A stretch of 64,000 nt of DNA from Callorhinchus milii. Lineage: Eukaryota. A program made the translations under genes and the position numbers. Numbering within the stretch: the first letter of the stretch is position 1; every line of letters begins with the position of its first letter. Below are positions 13,160 to 27,223 of this stretch, in pieces. The notes under the pieces are model-generated. The model made no database searches. It saw nothing but the letters and a program-made list of their open reading frames with translations, and had not been told where the DNA came from. The DNA is taken from positions 372,001 to 436,000 of the forward strand of contig NW_024704744.1 of NCBI RefSeq assembly GCF_018977255.1, in the 5' to 3' direction.

Positions 13160-15720
13160 GTGAATGAGCGAGACTGATATCTCCACCCTCTTTGCTTCCC
13201 TCTGCCTTTGCTCCGACCGCCACATCATTGTAGGTAATTTCAACCTCCACTTCATGCCCTCCTGCTCCACCTCCTCAGACTTCTTCTCTCTCCTCTCCTC
13301 TCTCAACCCCTCCCTCCGCATCCACTCTGCTACCCACAACCACGGTCACCCGCTCGACCTGGTGATCACCCGGGGCCTCAGCGTCTCAGATATCACCATC
13401 ACTGACAAGGCAATCTCTGATCACCATTTTATCTCCCTCAACTCCCATATCCCTCTCCCCTCTGCCCCCAAACCTACCACCATCTTCTACCACCTGTGGA
13501 AGAAGATCACCCCACAATCCCTCTCCGCTGCCCTGGAGTCCTCTGATCTCCTCCCCCTCTGGCCCACCTCTTGCAACAACCCACTTGCTGTTCTTACTCT
13601 CCTCCACAGCGCCCTCTCCAACACACTCAACGTCCTTGCCTCCTATTCCCGATCCTCACCCTGGTTCACCAGCACATCTGCTCGCTCAAGGGCCAGGTGC
13701 GGGCTGCCAAACCCCCTTGGCTCAAGTCCGGTCTAACTGTCCACCGGCACATCTGGCTGGACCTCATCAAGAACTTCCACTCCGCTCTCGCCTCAGCCAA
13801 ATCATCCTATACCAGGTTAATTCTGGAGGCGAAGGGCAACCCCAGGTTCCTGTTCTCCACCATCAACAGCTCCTCCGCCCTCCCCGGCACACCTCGCAGA
13901 TACTTTCCTCTGAATCTCACTGCGAGAAAATGATGGATTTCCTCGAGTCCAAAATCGAGGGAATCCGCTCAGCAGTCACTGCCCTCCAAACTTCCACCCC
14001 CTCTCTACACCGACCCCACACAATCACCCATCCGACAATTATCCATCCCTCCTTCGAACCTGTCACCCCCTCCTCTGTCTTCAATACGGTAACCTCCATG
14101 AAGCCCACCACCTGCTCCCTCGACCGCATCCCTACCCCTCTCCTTAAATCTCAGCTCACCTCCTTGCCCCATTACACGTGGACATCACTCTCCCTGTCAT
14201 CTGGCACTGTTCCTTCCCCGCTCAAAACAGCCACCATCACCCCCATCTTGAAGAAACCTTCCCTCGACCCATCACAGCTATCCAGCTACCGGCCCATCTC
14301 AAATCCACTTTCCTATCCAAGATCCTTGAGAGAGCCATTGCCTCGCTCTTTCTTCTCCTCTCACTCCCTCAATGAACCCCTCCAATCGTACTGCCCACAG
14401 CGCAGAAACTGCTCTGGTCAAGGTCACAAATGACATCTTGACCATGTGCGATCCGGGCTCCCTCTGCCTCCTCGTCCTCTTCAACCTCTCCGCCGCCTTT
14501 AACACTGTGGACTACTCAATCCTCCTCCATCACCTCTCCTCCCACCTCAGCCTTCAAGATTCTGTCCTTGACTGGTTCAGGTCCTCCCTTTCACACCGAC
14601 TCCACCTCGTCTCAGCAAACGGCTTCTCCTCCACCCCCCGCACTGTCTTGTGCGGTGTTCCTCTGGGCTCTGTCCTCCGTCCCCTCCTCTTTACCCTCTA
14701 CATGCTCCCACTTGGTGACGTCATCGGCAAACATGGGGTAAATTTCCACATGTATGCGGATGACACCCAACTCTACCTCTCTGCCTCCACCCTGAACTCC
14801 AGGACTAGTGAGGTCTTGACTGCCTGTCTGACGTCAAGTCCTGTATGAGGGCCAACTTTCTCCAACTCAATGTCAGCAAGACCGAGGCCCTCCTAATTGG
14901 CTCGCGCCAATGCCTCCGCACCTCAGGCACTGGCAGCATCAGCCTCCACGGCTGCACACTCAACCTCACTAAGCCAGTCAGGAACCTGGGGGTCTTGTTT
15001 GACCCTGAACTGTCCTTTCTCCCCCACATCCGCGCCATGACCGGCACTGCCTACCACCACCTCTGCAACATTGCCAGACTCCGCCACCTCACCCCTCAGG
15101 CCCCCAAACCCTCACCCACGCATTCGTCACCTCAAGGCTCAATTATGGGAACTCCCTCTTCATTGGCCTGCCCAACTCTTCCTTTTACAAGCTGCAGATC
15201 ATCCAAAACTCTGTAGCTCGTGTATTCTCACACACCAGACTCCCCGACCCCATCACTCCCACCCTCGCCCGACTCCACTGGCTCTCCATCCCCCAGAGGA
15301 TCGAGTTCAAGATCCTCGTCCTCACTTTCAAGGCCGTCTGTGGCCTTTCCCCCTCCTACCTCTCTGACCTGCTGACTCCTTAGCAACCTGCCCGTTCCCT
15401 CCGTTCATCGGGCTCCGGCTGCTTCATGTCTCCCACCCAACCCGCCCTAGCATCGGTGGCCGGGCCTTCAGCCTCTCTGACCCCACACTCTGGAACTCCA
15501 TCCCACGATCCCTTTGCCTCGCTTCCTCCCTCACCTCCTTCAAGGTCGGTCCCAAGATCTTTCTCTTCGACCGTGACTTTGGTCTCCCTCCCACCCCTCT
15601 GCCTTCCCTCACCCCTACACCCCCCCTCCCCCATGCTCGGTTCCCGACAGCTGACTGTTCAGCGCTTTGGGTCGTCCTCCCGTCGTGAAAGGCGCTCTTT
15701 AAATATAATTTTGTTGTTGA
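13160..15720 (+). mobile_element. L2 LINE, endonuclease to tail, degenerate
   Basis: [37 protein letters not shown], tail. Confidence 0.9.
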
Positions 15721-16689
15721 AGTAAGGGAGGTAGATGGGAGAAAGGGGATTAGGGAGGAAAGGAGAGGGGAGAAACAAGAAGGGGAGGAAAGGCATGTCG
15801 AAGGAGAGGGGAGGGAGCGAGGGGAGAAGGAGCGAGCGAGGGAAGGAGAGTAAGAGAGAGAGGAGACACAGAGAGAGTGAGGGAGGGTAAGAGAGATTTG
15901 AACAATGTCATTGAAATCCAGCTGGCAAAGCAGGTCACACTCAATTGACATTAATATCAAGTTGTTCAAACTTGGATGTATAGTTGACCTGAGTCGATGT
16001 TTGATTACCCAGTTTTGAAAATGTAAAGCGATGATTACATTGGGGAAATCTAACCTGCAGACTCTTTTGTCATAACAGGCGAAGCAGACTCCTCATCTGC
16101 TGTCTCTTCACTCTGTCTCAAACTTCACTCTTCGTCCCTCTCACCATGATCAATAGCAAATTGTGAAAATATTTGCCAAATATTACAGAGAAATTTGACA
16201 AATTTTGCAGAAAATTGCGGTGGAATTCGACAAGTTTTGTCGAAAATTGCAGGAAGTTGATCGATGTTATTGAGGTCAACTTTTACTGCTAATCTACAAT
16301 TTGTCACTTTATTGATGAAAACTAAACATGAACAAATAATAATAATACTTACATTTGATATAGCGCTTTATCAGGTCTATAAGATGTCTCAAAGAGCTTC
16401 ACAGAAATTGCTGTAAAGTGAATTCACTGGATATTTTGTGGGCAAAACGCAGCAGCCAATTGCACACAGCAGCGTCCCACAAACAGTCATGGATTGCGTG
16501 ACCAATTTATTGTTGTTTTTTGAAGGAATTATTATCCCCGAAATAATGATCTGTCAATCGACTAAGCCGGGTTTCTACCTATTGCTAGGTAAACAGAGGC
16601 GTGTGGAGTAAGTAAACATGCCCAACATTTCGACTGCCGGGAAATAACATGTTGTTGCAAAAAGATTCGATTTGTGAATGCTTTCTTTA

Positions 16690-18860
16690 ACAACAACAAA
16701 ATGACATTAATAGAGAGCCTTTCACGTCGGGAGGACATCACCAAAGCGCTGGAAAGTCAGGTGTCACAATCCGAGCATGGGGGAGGGGTGGGGTAGGGGT
16801 GAGGGAAGGCAGAGAGGGGGGAGCGCAACCAATGGCACGGTCGAAGAGGGGGGTCTTGAGACCAGCTTTGAACGAGGCAAGGGAGGAAGCGAGGCAAAGA
16901 GAGTGAGGGGGGCATTTCCACCCAGCACCACATTCGAAGGCCTGGAGATTCGCTTCACTCCTGAATTGCTCACCATGCTCACCAGTGTCAACAACAACAA
17001 CAACTGGGATTCATATAGCGCCCTCCACGCCGGATGGCGTCTCAGAGCGCTTTACAGTAATGGATCCCGGGGCCAAGCCAGGGGGAGGGGGAGGAAGGTG
17101 ACCAAAGGCCCGGTCAAAAAGAAAGGTCTTCAGCCGAGACTTGAAAATAGGAAGAGAGGGGGCGAGGGGAAGGGAGTGAGGAAGGGAGTTCCAGAGTCTC
17201 GGGGGTAGTGGCTGAAGGCACGGCCTCCGAGAATGGAGCAGTGGACTCGGGGGACGAGGAGGAGGCCAAACCCGGGGGAACGAAGACAACGATTACTGTT
17301 TTGTGGACGAGGAGGTCAGAGAGGTCGGGGGGTGCAGAGGAGTGGAGGGATTTCAAGACAAGGGTGAGGATCTTGAAGTCAATCCTCTCTGGGACAGGAG
17401 CCAGTGCAGTCTGGCCAGGACTGGGGGATCGGGAGAGGGGTGGGTGTGGTGGAGGGCCAGGACTGGGGGGATCGGGGAGTGGGGTGTGGGTGTGGGGGGG
17501 AGGGCCAGGACTGGGGGGATCGGGGAGTGGGGTGTGGGTGTTGGCGGGAGGGCTAGGACTGGGGGGATCGGGGAGAGGGGTTTGGGTGTGGGAGGGAGGG
17601 CCAGAACTGGGGGGATCGGGGAGAGGGGTTTGGTGTGGGTGAGAATGCGGGCGGCAGAGGTTTGAATGATCTGGATTTTATGGATGGCAGTGGAGGGGAG
17701 GCCGGTGAGGAGGGCGTTAGAGTAGTGCAACCGAGAGGTGACAAAGGCACCGACCAGGGTTTCAGTAGCTTTTGGGGAGAGGTATTGACGGAGACGGGCG
17801 AAGCATCGGGAGGTGGAAGAAAGCGGTGCTGGTGAGGGACTGGATGTGGGGGAGGAAGGATAATTGGGTGTTGAACCTGATACCCAAGTTGTGTATGGGT
17901 TCGGAGAGTTTTAGAGGGAGGTCGGGCAGGTGGAGGAGGTGAGAGCCGTGAGATTTTAAAGGTTGACGAGAGCCAAAGAGTATGGCTTCCGTCTTGTCAA
18001 CGTTCAGCTGAACGAAATTTGCGCTCATCCAACCCGAGGTCTGACAGGCAGAACATCGGGGGACTGTGGGGCACAAAGAGAGGTGGAAAAATAGAGTTGG
18101 GTGTCGTCCGCATACATGTGGAAATGTACCCCATGTCTGCGGATGACATCCCCAAGAGGGGGCATGTAGATCAGAAAGAGGAGGGGGCCAAGGATGGATC
18201 CTTGGGGTACCCGCAGGTAACCGGGTGAGAGCGGGAGGAGAAGCTGTTTGTACAAATGTACTGCTGGCGGTTTGTGAGGTAGAACTCGAACCAGGCAAGT
18301 GCGGTCCCACTGAGGTGGATGACGGAGGAAAGGTGGTGGAGGAAGTGGTGCGAGTGGAGTTTAGGTGGAGGTTGAAATCGCCCATTATGAGCAGGCGTTC
18401 AAATTAGAGGGACAGGGAAGAGGGGAGAGATGTCTGTGTGGAAGGAGCTGGGGGGCTTGGGGGGGGGGATAGACCACGAGGATTTTCAGTGGGAGAGAGG
18501 GATGGGAGAGGCAGAGGTGCTTGAAGGAGGGGAAGTAGCCAGAGGAGTAGAGGGAAAGACCAAGGGAGGCTTTGGAGATGAGGGCCACCCCGCTGCCACG
18601 TTGGTTTGGACGGTGGGTGTGGTGGAAGCTGTAGCCTGGTGGGGAGGTTTCAACTGGGAAATGGAGTCATTGGGGGAGAGCCAGGTTTCGGTGAGTCCAA
18701 GAATGTCAAGGTGCTCGTCCAGGATGAGGTCGTGGATGGTGAGGGCTTTATTTGAGAGGGAACGGACATTTTGGAGGGAAATGCGGGTGGGTTTGCTGGA
18801 GCGAGGAGAGGGAGTGTAATGCGGAGAGGGTTTTCAGATGTCCTGACTGTGGCATTCCAG
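16690..18860 (-). mobile_element. L2 LINE fragments with internal tandem duplication at 17400-17640
   Basis: [22 protein letters not shown], repeated IPPVLAL units. Confidence 0.85.
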
Positions 18861-18899
18861 GTCACCAACTCCTGTCTTTCAGGGCTGCCACCACATTAC

Positions 18900-19625
18900 A
18901 GACCCAGACACACACAGAGACACACTCATTACAGAGAGAGACACACACACAGATACACACTCATGGATACAGAGAGAGAAAGACACACACACTTACACAC
19001 ACAAACACACAGACACAACAACAACAACAGGTTCCATTTATAGAGTGCCTTTCACGTCGGGGGGACGTCCCAAGGCACACTCAGATACATAGAGAGAGAT
19101 ACACACCGACACACACAGAGACACTCACAGATACAGAGAGAGAAAGACGCACACACTCACAGATACAGAGAGAGACACACACAGACACACACACACAGAC
19201 ACACTCAGACATAAAGAGACACACACACAGACACACGCACAGAAAAAGAGACACACACACACATTCACAGACAGATATTAGACCCACTCACAGACACAAA
19301 TAGACATACACATACTCTCAGACAGGCAGAGAGTCAGACACAAAGAGGGAGATACACCTACAGACAGACACACACACACAGACACAGAGAGAGACATCCA
19401 CATACACAGACACTCTCACAGACGCAGAGAGAGACACACATACGTTTACGAACAGAGAGACCGATGCATTCACGCACACACAGAGACACACTCATAGACA
19501 TAAAGAAACAGATGCACACACACTCACAGAGAGCCAGACACGTAGACACACAAAGAGAGACACACACACTTACAGACACAAAGACACACACACACACTTA
19601 CAGCCAGACAGATAGACAGACACGT
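18900..19625. repeat. Compound (CA)n/(GA)n low-complexity tract containing a short L2 tail
   Basis: direct reading. Confidence 0.9.
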
Positions 19626-19639
19626 CCACTCTTAGTCTT

Positions 19640-22540
19640 AGGGTGCGTACTTTGGCTGCCACCAACCCGAGCTGCTTCTCCCAAAAATGTTCCCACCATG
19701 TCTCCTACCCTCACTCTCCTGTTCAATGCTTGTCTCTCACAGGCCTCCCCGCATCCTATCCCTGCTCGACTGTCCCACCACCTCCCTCTGCTCCATCACA
19801 AATCCTCCATCGCACCCACTGTGGCAGCCACTGTGACTGCCCTACCCCCCACCTCGGGGATAAAGCCCATCGGTCCCTGACCCCGCGGGTCAACCTTTCC
19901 TCCCCTGTCCACATCCCTATCCCCCCTGTCATTCCTCCCCTTTCTCCGCTTGTTTCGCCCGTTCCTCCCCTCCATATCAGTCTACAAAATGTCAGTTCCC
20001 TCTCCAACAAAACACTCTCCATCCAAGACCTCATCATCGACGAAAATATCGACATTTTTGCCCTCACCGAAACCTGGATCACTCCAGGCAACACCTTCCC
20101 TCTGAGAGAGCTCACACCACCCGGCTACACCTTCCATCACACCCCACGACATAACCACTGTGGTAGCGGTTTAACACTCATCTCGGCCTATCTCCTTATT
20201 CCTCCGGAACCTTCCCCTCCTTTGAGCACCTCTATCATCCCTCCAACCTTTCACTCAAAATCCTCCTTGTCTATCATTACCCCCAAATCCTCCCCACATT
20301 CCTCTCACTCTCAGACATCTTCCCTCTCGCTCTGCTCCGAATACCATCTCATTCTAGGCGACTTCACCCCCTCCTGCACTATCTCCGCTGACTTCTCCTC
20401 TCTCCTCATCCCTCCATCGACATCCACTCGCCAACCACATCCATGGCCACCCATTTGACCTGGTGATTATATGGGGCCTTAGCATCTCAGAGCTCACGAT
20501 CCCCAACAAAGCTATCTTGGAACAGTACTTCATCTCCCTTAACTCCTCAATCTCTCCCCCCACTATCATCTCCCCTGGAAACAAATCTTGCACCCCACCC
20601 CTCCTTCTCCGCTGCCATGGAGTCATCTGAACACTTCCCCCTCTGGGCTTCCTCCCGCAATGACCTATCCTCCTCGGTCACTCTCCTCTACAACTCCTTC
20701 TCCACCACTCTCAATGCTGTTGCATTCTTCACCTCCCGAACAGTCACCTATTCACGGATGTCACCCTGATACACCAGCCACCTCCACTACCTTCAGGCTG
20801 AACACACCTGGTTCAAATCACACTTAACAGTCCATTGGCTGGACATTATTAAATCTTACCACTCCGCCTTCGCTTCTGCTAAATAGTCCTTTTACTCTAA
20901 GACAATCTTGAAGGCCAAGGACAACCACAGGCTCTGCTTCTCCATCACCAACCGGCTCCCCCGTCCACCCTCTCACGCCTCGCCCATCCTCTCCTCCAAC
21001 TCCAACTGCGAGGAGAAGCTGAACTTCCTTGAAATCAAAATCGAGGGGATCCGCTCAGTTGCCTCTGTCCTTCTGACCACAACATCTCCCCATCTGCCCC
21101 TCCCACCCTGGCCCCTACCCATCCCTCTCTGCACACCTTCGAACCTGTCTCCCTCTCCTCTCTCATCACCACGATAACCCACATGAAACTGACCACTTGC
21201 TCCCTCGACCCCATCCCGACCCCTCTCCTTACCTCCCAGCTCCAAATCCTTGCCCCTCTACTCACAAACATCATAAACCTCTCCCTGTCCACGAGCACCT
21301 TTCCCAAAATGACTGTCATCACTTTGATCCTTAAAAAACCTGAACCCAACCCTGCTCTCAAACTACCACTCCATCTCCAACCTCCCTTTCCTTTCCACAG
21401 TCTCGGAATGAATCGTTGCTTCCCAGCTGCGCTCCTTCCTCTCCTGCAACTCCTTCCACGAACCCCTCCAATTGGGTTTCCGTGCCGCCCACAGCACAGA
21501 ATCAGCTTTGGTCAAAGTGACAAATAACATTTTGTCCATCTGGGACCAGGGCTCCCTCTGCCTCTCGTCCTCCTTGACCTCTCTGCTGCCTTCGATACCA
21601 TTGACTACTCTATCCTCTTCCATTGCCCCTCCTCTCACCTCAACCTTCGTAGTTCTATCCTATGTACCTCTCACACCATCTCCACTTCTTCACAAACGGC
21701 TTCTCCTCTACTCTCCGCAATGTCTCGTGGGGAGTTCCTCAGGGCTCTGTCCTTGGTCCCCTCCTTTGTTAAGTTGAACATCAACAAGACCGAGATTCTC
21801 CTGATTGACTCCTGTTAGCGCCTCCTCACCTCAGGCACTGATAGCATCACCATCCATGGTTGCACACTCCACCTTGCTAAGCCAGAACGGAACCATGGGG
21901 TCTGGTTTGACCCTCAACTATCCTCTCTACCCCACATCCGTGCCATGACCCGCTCTGCCTTCCCCCATCTCCGCAACATCGCCCGGCTGCGCCACTATCT
22001 CACACCGCAGGCCCCCGAGACTTTCACACATGCTTTCATAACATCCAAGCTCAACTACGCAAACTGCCTGCTTGTCGGCCTCCTCAACTCCTCCTCCACA
22101 GGCTGCAGATCATGCAGACCCAGCTCTGCAGCCCATGTACTCTCCCGCACTAGGCTCCGTGACCCTATCGCTTTCATCCTCGCTCGATTCCACTGGCTTC
22201 CCATCACACAGAGGATACAGTTCAAGATCCTGGTCCTCACCTTCAAAGCCCTCCATAGTCTTGCTCCTCCCTTCCTCTGCGACCTCAAACCTGTACCAAC
22301 CTGCTCGCTCCCTCTAATCAGCAGGCTCCGGACTGCTTCATGTCCCCTGCCTCACCGGCCCCACCATTAGTGGGTGGGCTTTCTGTCAATCTGCCCCAAC
22401 CACTGGAACTCTATCCCGCAGCCCCACCGCCCTTCGCACTTCCCAATCCTGACCCCCAGCTTGTGTCCAAAACATTGATTGTCCAGCAGCTTGGGACATC
22501 CTTCCGACATGAAAGGCACAATACACATGTTATTTTGTTG
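19640..22540 (+). mobile_element. L2 LINE, near full-length ORF2, degenerate
   Basis: APE-endonuclease start LQNVSSLSNK..IFALTETWI, RT motifs, tail. Confidence 0.88.
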
Positions 22541-22559
22541 TTGTTGTTTTTGTTGTAAC

Positions 22560-23305
22560 AGTCGGGGTAAGGTTACAGTTGGGGTGCAGTTACAGTGTGG
22601 GTCTCAGGCTACAGTGGGGGTCTCAGGCTATAGTGGGGGTCTCAGGCTACAGTCGAGGTCTCAGGCTACAGTCGGGGTCTCAGGCTACAGTCGGGGTCTC
22701 AGGCTACAGTCGGGGTCTCAGGCTACAGTCGGGGTCTCAGGCTACAGTCGGGGTCTCAGGCTACAGTCGAGGTCTCAGGCTACAGTCGAGGTCTCAGGCT
22801 ATAGTCGTGGTCTCAGGTTGCAGTCGTGGTCTCAGGATACAGTCGGGGTCTCAGGCTACAGTCGGGGTCTCAGGCTACAGTCGGGGTCTCAGGCTACAGT
22901 CGGGGTCTCAGGCTACAATTGCGGTCTCAGGCTGCAGTCGGGGTCTCAGGTTACAGTCGGGGTCTCAGGTTACAGTCGGGGTCTCAGGATACAGTGGGGG
23001 TCTCAGGCTATAGTCTGGATCAGGCTACAGTCGAGGTCTCAGGCTACAGTCGGGGTCTCAGGCTACAGTCGGGGTCTCAGGCTACAGTCGGGGTCTCAGG
23101 CTACAGTTGAGGTCTCAGGCTACAGTCGGGGTCTCAGGCTACAGTCGGGGTCTCAGGCTACAGTCGGGGTCTCAGGCTACAGTCGAGGTCTCAGGCTACA
23201 GTCGGGGTCTCAGGCTACAGTCGAGGTCTCAGGCTACAGTCGGGGTCTCAGGCTGCAGTCGGGGTCTCAGGATACAGTCGGGGTCTCAGGATACAGTCGG
23301 GGTTT
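22560..23305. repeat. 19-bp minisatellite (GTCGGGGTCTCAGGCTACA)n
   Basis: direct reading; 19-aa periodicity in ORFs equals 3 units. Confidence 0.95.
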
Positions 23306-24214
23306 GGGCTATTGATACAATACACATTAAGGCCTTTCACATCGGGCGGACATTACAAAGTGCTCGACAGTCCAGGTTTGGCCCCCGAGCTGAGGGTGAT
23401 GTTGGGTTGGGTTACAGTTGGTTTGGGATTGGATTATGGTTTGGTTTGTAGCCGTGGTGAAACTGTAGGAAAGTTTTCTTACTCCATACACCTCTATTTA
23501 CCTAGCAGTAAGTAGGACCTGGTTGTTAGTCAATTTGCAGTTTTCTTTTCTGGGGATAATAATCCTTTTTTAAAAAAAATTGAATAATGATTTTAAAAAA
23601 TTATAATTTGGTCACGTAACCCATGACTGTTTGTGGGATAATTGGCTTCCGCATTTCAGTCACAAAATATACAGTCAATTCACTTTACAGTATATTTTGT
23701 GAAGCATCTTGAGATGTCTCAAAGACAACAACAACTTGCATTCATACAGCGCCTTCCACATTGGGCGGCATCCCAGAGCGCTTAACAATGGTGGAGCCCG
23801 AAGCCGAGCTAGGGAGAAGGTGAAGGCGATGGTCAAAGTAGAAGGTCCACAGGCGCAACCTGAAAACAGGGAAAGAGGGGGAAAGGCGAAGGAATTGAGG
23901 GAGGGAGTTTCATAGCCTTGGGGTGTAGTAGCTGAAGGCATGGCCACCAATGGTGGAGCGGAGGATTCGAGTGGCAAGGAGGAGGTCGGAGCCTGTAGAG
24001 CGGAGGCAGCTGTGAGGAACGAGCAGGTGGAGAGATAGTAGGGTGCTAAGGCATGGAGGAATTTGGAGTGAGGATCATCAAGTTGATCTGCTCTGTGTCA
24101 GGAGCTGGTTGAGTTTGGCCAGGACTGGAGTAATCGGGGTACGGAGTTTGGTCCGGGTAAGAATGCGGGCTGCGGAGTTTTGAATGAGGATTTTGTGAAT
24201 ACAACAACAACAAC

Positions 24215-25400
24215 AACAAGATTCCATTTATAAAGCGCCTTTCACGTCAGGAGGACGTCCCAAGGCGCTGCACAGTTGGGTCAGGACCCGAGCAGGGGGG
24301 AAATGGTCAGGGTGAGGGGAGGGAAGGGAGGGAGCGAGGAGTGGGGAAATGGTCAGGGTGAGGGGAGGGAAGGGAGGGAGCGAGGAGGGGGGAAATGGTC
24401 AGGGTGAGGGGAGGGAAGGGAGGGAGCGAGGAGGGGGAAGAGAGTCGAGAGGGGAGCTGAAGGCTCGGTCAAAGAGAAAGGTTTTGAGACCGGCCTTGAA
24501 GGAGGAGAGGGAGGAAGCGGCGAAGGCACTGGGGGATAGAGTTCCAGAGCCTGGGGGCTGAGAGACTGAAGGCCCGACCACCGATGGTAGGGCGATTGGG
24601 GTGGGGGACGTGGAGCAGACCGGAGCCGGAGGAACGGAGGGTACGGGCAGGTAGGTAGGGGGATAGTAGGTCGGAGAGATAGGAGGGAGCGAGGCCGTGA
24701 ATGGCCTTATAGATGAGGATGAGGATCCTGAAATCAATCCTCTGGGGGATGGGGAGCCAGTGGAGGCGAGCGAGGGTGGGAGTGATGTGGTCCCGAAGCC
24801 TGGTGCGGGACAGTACACGAGCTGCAGAGTTCTGAATGACCTGCAGTGTGGAGGGAGGTGGCGGGAAGGCCGGCGAGGAGAGAGTTCCCATAGTCCAGCC
24901 TTGAGGTGACAAAGGCGTGAACCAGGGTTTCAGCCGCGTGAGGGGTGAGGTAGTGCCGTAGTCTGGCGATGTTCCGGAGGTGATGGAAGGCGGTGCCAGT
25001 TGTGGTGCGGATGTGAGGGAGAAAGGACAGCTCAGGGTCGAACAAAACGCCGAGGTTCCTGACTGGCTTTGAGAGGTGGAGAGTGCAGCCTTGGATGCTG
25101 ATGGTGTCAGCGCCTGAGGTGCGGAGGCGCTGACGTGAGCCAATCAGGAGGGCCTCGGTTTTTCGCACGTTGAGCTGAAGAAAGTTGTCTCTCGTCCAGG
25201 ACTCGATGTCGGACAGACAGCTGTCAGGACATCGGTGGTCGTGGAGTTGAGAGTAGAGGAGGAAAGGTAGAGTTGGGTGTCATCCGCATACATGTGGGAG
25301 TTAACTCCATGTCTGCGGATGATGTCACCACAGGGGGAGCATATAGAGGGTGAAGAGGAGGGGACCGAGGACAGAGCCCTGAGGGACACCACATGAGACA
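24215..25400 (-). mobile_element. Young L2 LINE 3' part
   Basis: [23 protein letters not shown], tail with tandem about 41-bp units; near-identical to 43145-43850. Confidence 0.9.
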
Positions 25401-25429
25401 GTGCGGGGGTGGAGGAGAATAATAATCCT

Positions 25430-25748
25430 TAATAATAATAATCCTTGCATTTGATATAGCGCTTTTCACGTCAGGAGGACGTCCCAAAGCGCTTCACAGA
25501 ATATACTGTAAAGTGAATTGACTGTATATTTGTGGGCGAACACGGCAGCCAATTGCGCACAGCAATGTCCCACAAACAGTCGTAGATTGAAAATGACCAA
25601 TTTATTATTGTTGTTGGTTTTGGAGGGATTATTATTAGGCTCTGTGTGGAGTAAGGAAACTTGCCCGAGGTTTCGCCCTCTGCCGGGAATTGAACTCAGG
25701 TCTCTCACTTGCAAAGCGAGTGCTCTAACCACTGAGCTACAGGACTCC
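25430..25748 (-). mobile_element. tRNA-derived Deu-domain SINE (SacSINE1-like) with L2 tail
   Basis: A box tagctcagtggttagagc, B box gttcaattcc, Deu core tgtgggacattgctgtgcgcaattggctgcc, L2-type tail. Confidence 0.88.
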
Positions 25749-25759
25749 AACTCCAACTC

Positions 25760-26560
25760 CAACAAAGAAGCCATTTGTTGAGACAAAGTGAAGACGGTGA
25801 GAATGGTACGACCTAAACCACTCAAGGACAGTGCCTTGAAGGTTGAGGTGGGAGGACAAGCGGTGGAGTAGGATAGCGTGGTCGACCGTATCGAATGCTG
25901 CCGATAGGTCGAGGAGGATGAGGAGGCAGAGGGAGCACTGGTCACAGATGGTCAGGATATCATTGGTGACCTGGACCAGGGCAGTTCCTGTGCTATGGGC
26001 AGCATGGAAACCTGACTGAAGGGGTTTGAATAGTGGAGGAGGGGAGGCCGGTGAGGAGGGGGTTAGAGTCGTCCAGCCGAGAGGAGACTAAGGCACAGAC
26101 AAGGATTTCGGCAGCTTTAGGGGTGAGGTATTGTCGGAGACGGGCAATGTGGCGGAGGTGGAAGAAAGCGAGTGGGTCAGGGACCGGATGTGGGGGAGGA
26201 AGGATAGCTGGGGATCGAACCTGACGCCCAAATTGCGCACGGGTTCAGAAAGTTAAGGACAGGTCGGGTAGGTTGAGGAGGTCGTAAACGCAAAACAGAA
26301 GACATCGACAGGAGCCAAAGAATATAGTTTCCATCTTGTTGACGATGAACTGCAAGAAATTTGCGCTCATCCAGACCTTGATGTCTGTCTGATAGATAGC
26401 TGATAGCACATCAGGGGACTAGGGGTTCGCAGCTGGAGGAGAAGAAGCATAGTTGAGTGCCATCCGCATGCATGTGGAAGTTAAACCCGTGTCTGCAGAT
26501 GACATTACCAAGGGGGAGCATATAGATAAGGAATGTAAGGGGCCAAGGATGGAGCAAGCC
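25760..26560 (-). mobile_element. L2 LINE RT fragments
   Basis: RT-region motifs on minus strand. Confidence 0.75.
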
Positions 26561-26629
26561 TCCAATAAACAATCTCATTGTTAATCCTCTCGATTCACAC
26601 CTGCTATCACACAGGCTGACAATGTGTTA

Positions 26630-27160
26630 TGTTTAGGGTGTGTACCTACACACAGTGTGAGTTTAGGGTGTGTACCTACACACAGTGTGAGTTTAGGGCG
26701 TGTACCTACACAACGTGTGAGTTTAGGGCGTGTACCTACACACAGTGTGAGTTTAGGGTGTGTACCTACACACAGTGAGAGTTTAGGGTGTGTACCTACA
26801 CACAGTGAGAGTTTAGGGTATGTACCTACACACAGTGTGAGTTTAGGGTGTGTACCTACACACAGTGAGAGTTTAGGGTGTGTACCTACACACAGTTTGA
26901 GTTTAGGGTGTGTACCTACACACAGTGAGAGTTTAGAGTATGTACCTGCACACAGTATGAGTTTAGGGTGTGTACCTGCACACAGTGAGAGTTTAGGGTG
27001 TGTACCTACACACAGTGAGAGTTTAGGGTGTGTACCTACACACAGTGAGAGTTTAGGGTGTGTACCTACACAGTGTGAGTTTAGGGTGTGTACCTACACA
27101 GTGTGAGTTTAGGGTGTGTACCTACACACAGTGTGAGTTTAGGGTGTGTACCTACACAAA
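26630..27160. repeat. 30-bp minisatellite (GTGTGTACCTACACACAGTGAGAGTTTAGG)n, array after J relic
   Basis: direct reading of tandem units. Confidence 0.95.
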
Positions 27161-27223
27161 GCTCCTGAGGACATTTGAGAAGCTGAAATCTGACAGTAAA
27201 ATCTGGACACAGTATAAGTTTAC

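Noticed and set aside
16030-16130. Acidic exon-like frame SEETADEESASPVMTKESA on the minus strand
   Set aside because: No pyrimidine-rich acceptor, an upstream in-frame stop and no paralog near genes 1 or 2.
22479-23315. 278-aa SGSQATVGV repeat ORF
   Set aside because: Product of the 19-bp tandem repeat with no splice or coding support.
25670-25748. tRNA gene (also at 31095-31160 and 49711-49747)
   Set aside because: A and B boxes continue into the Deu core and L2 tail, so these are SINE heads.
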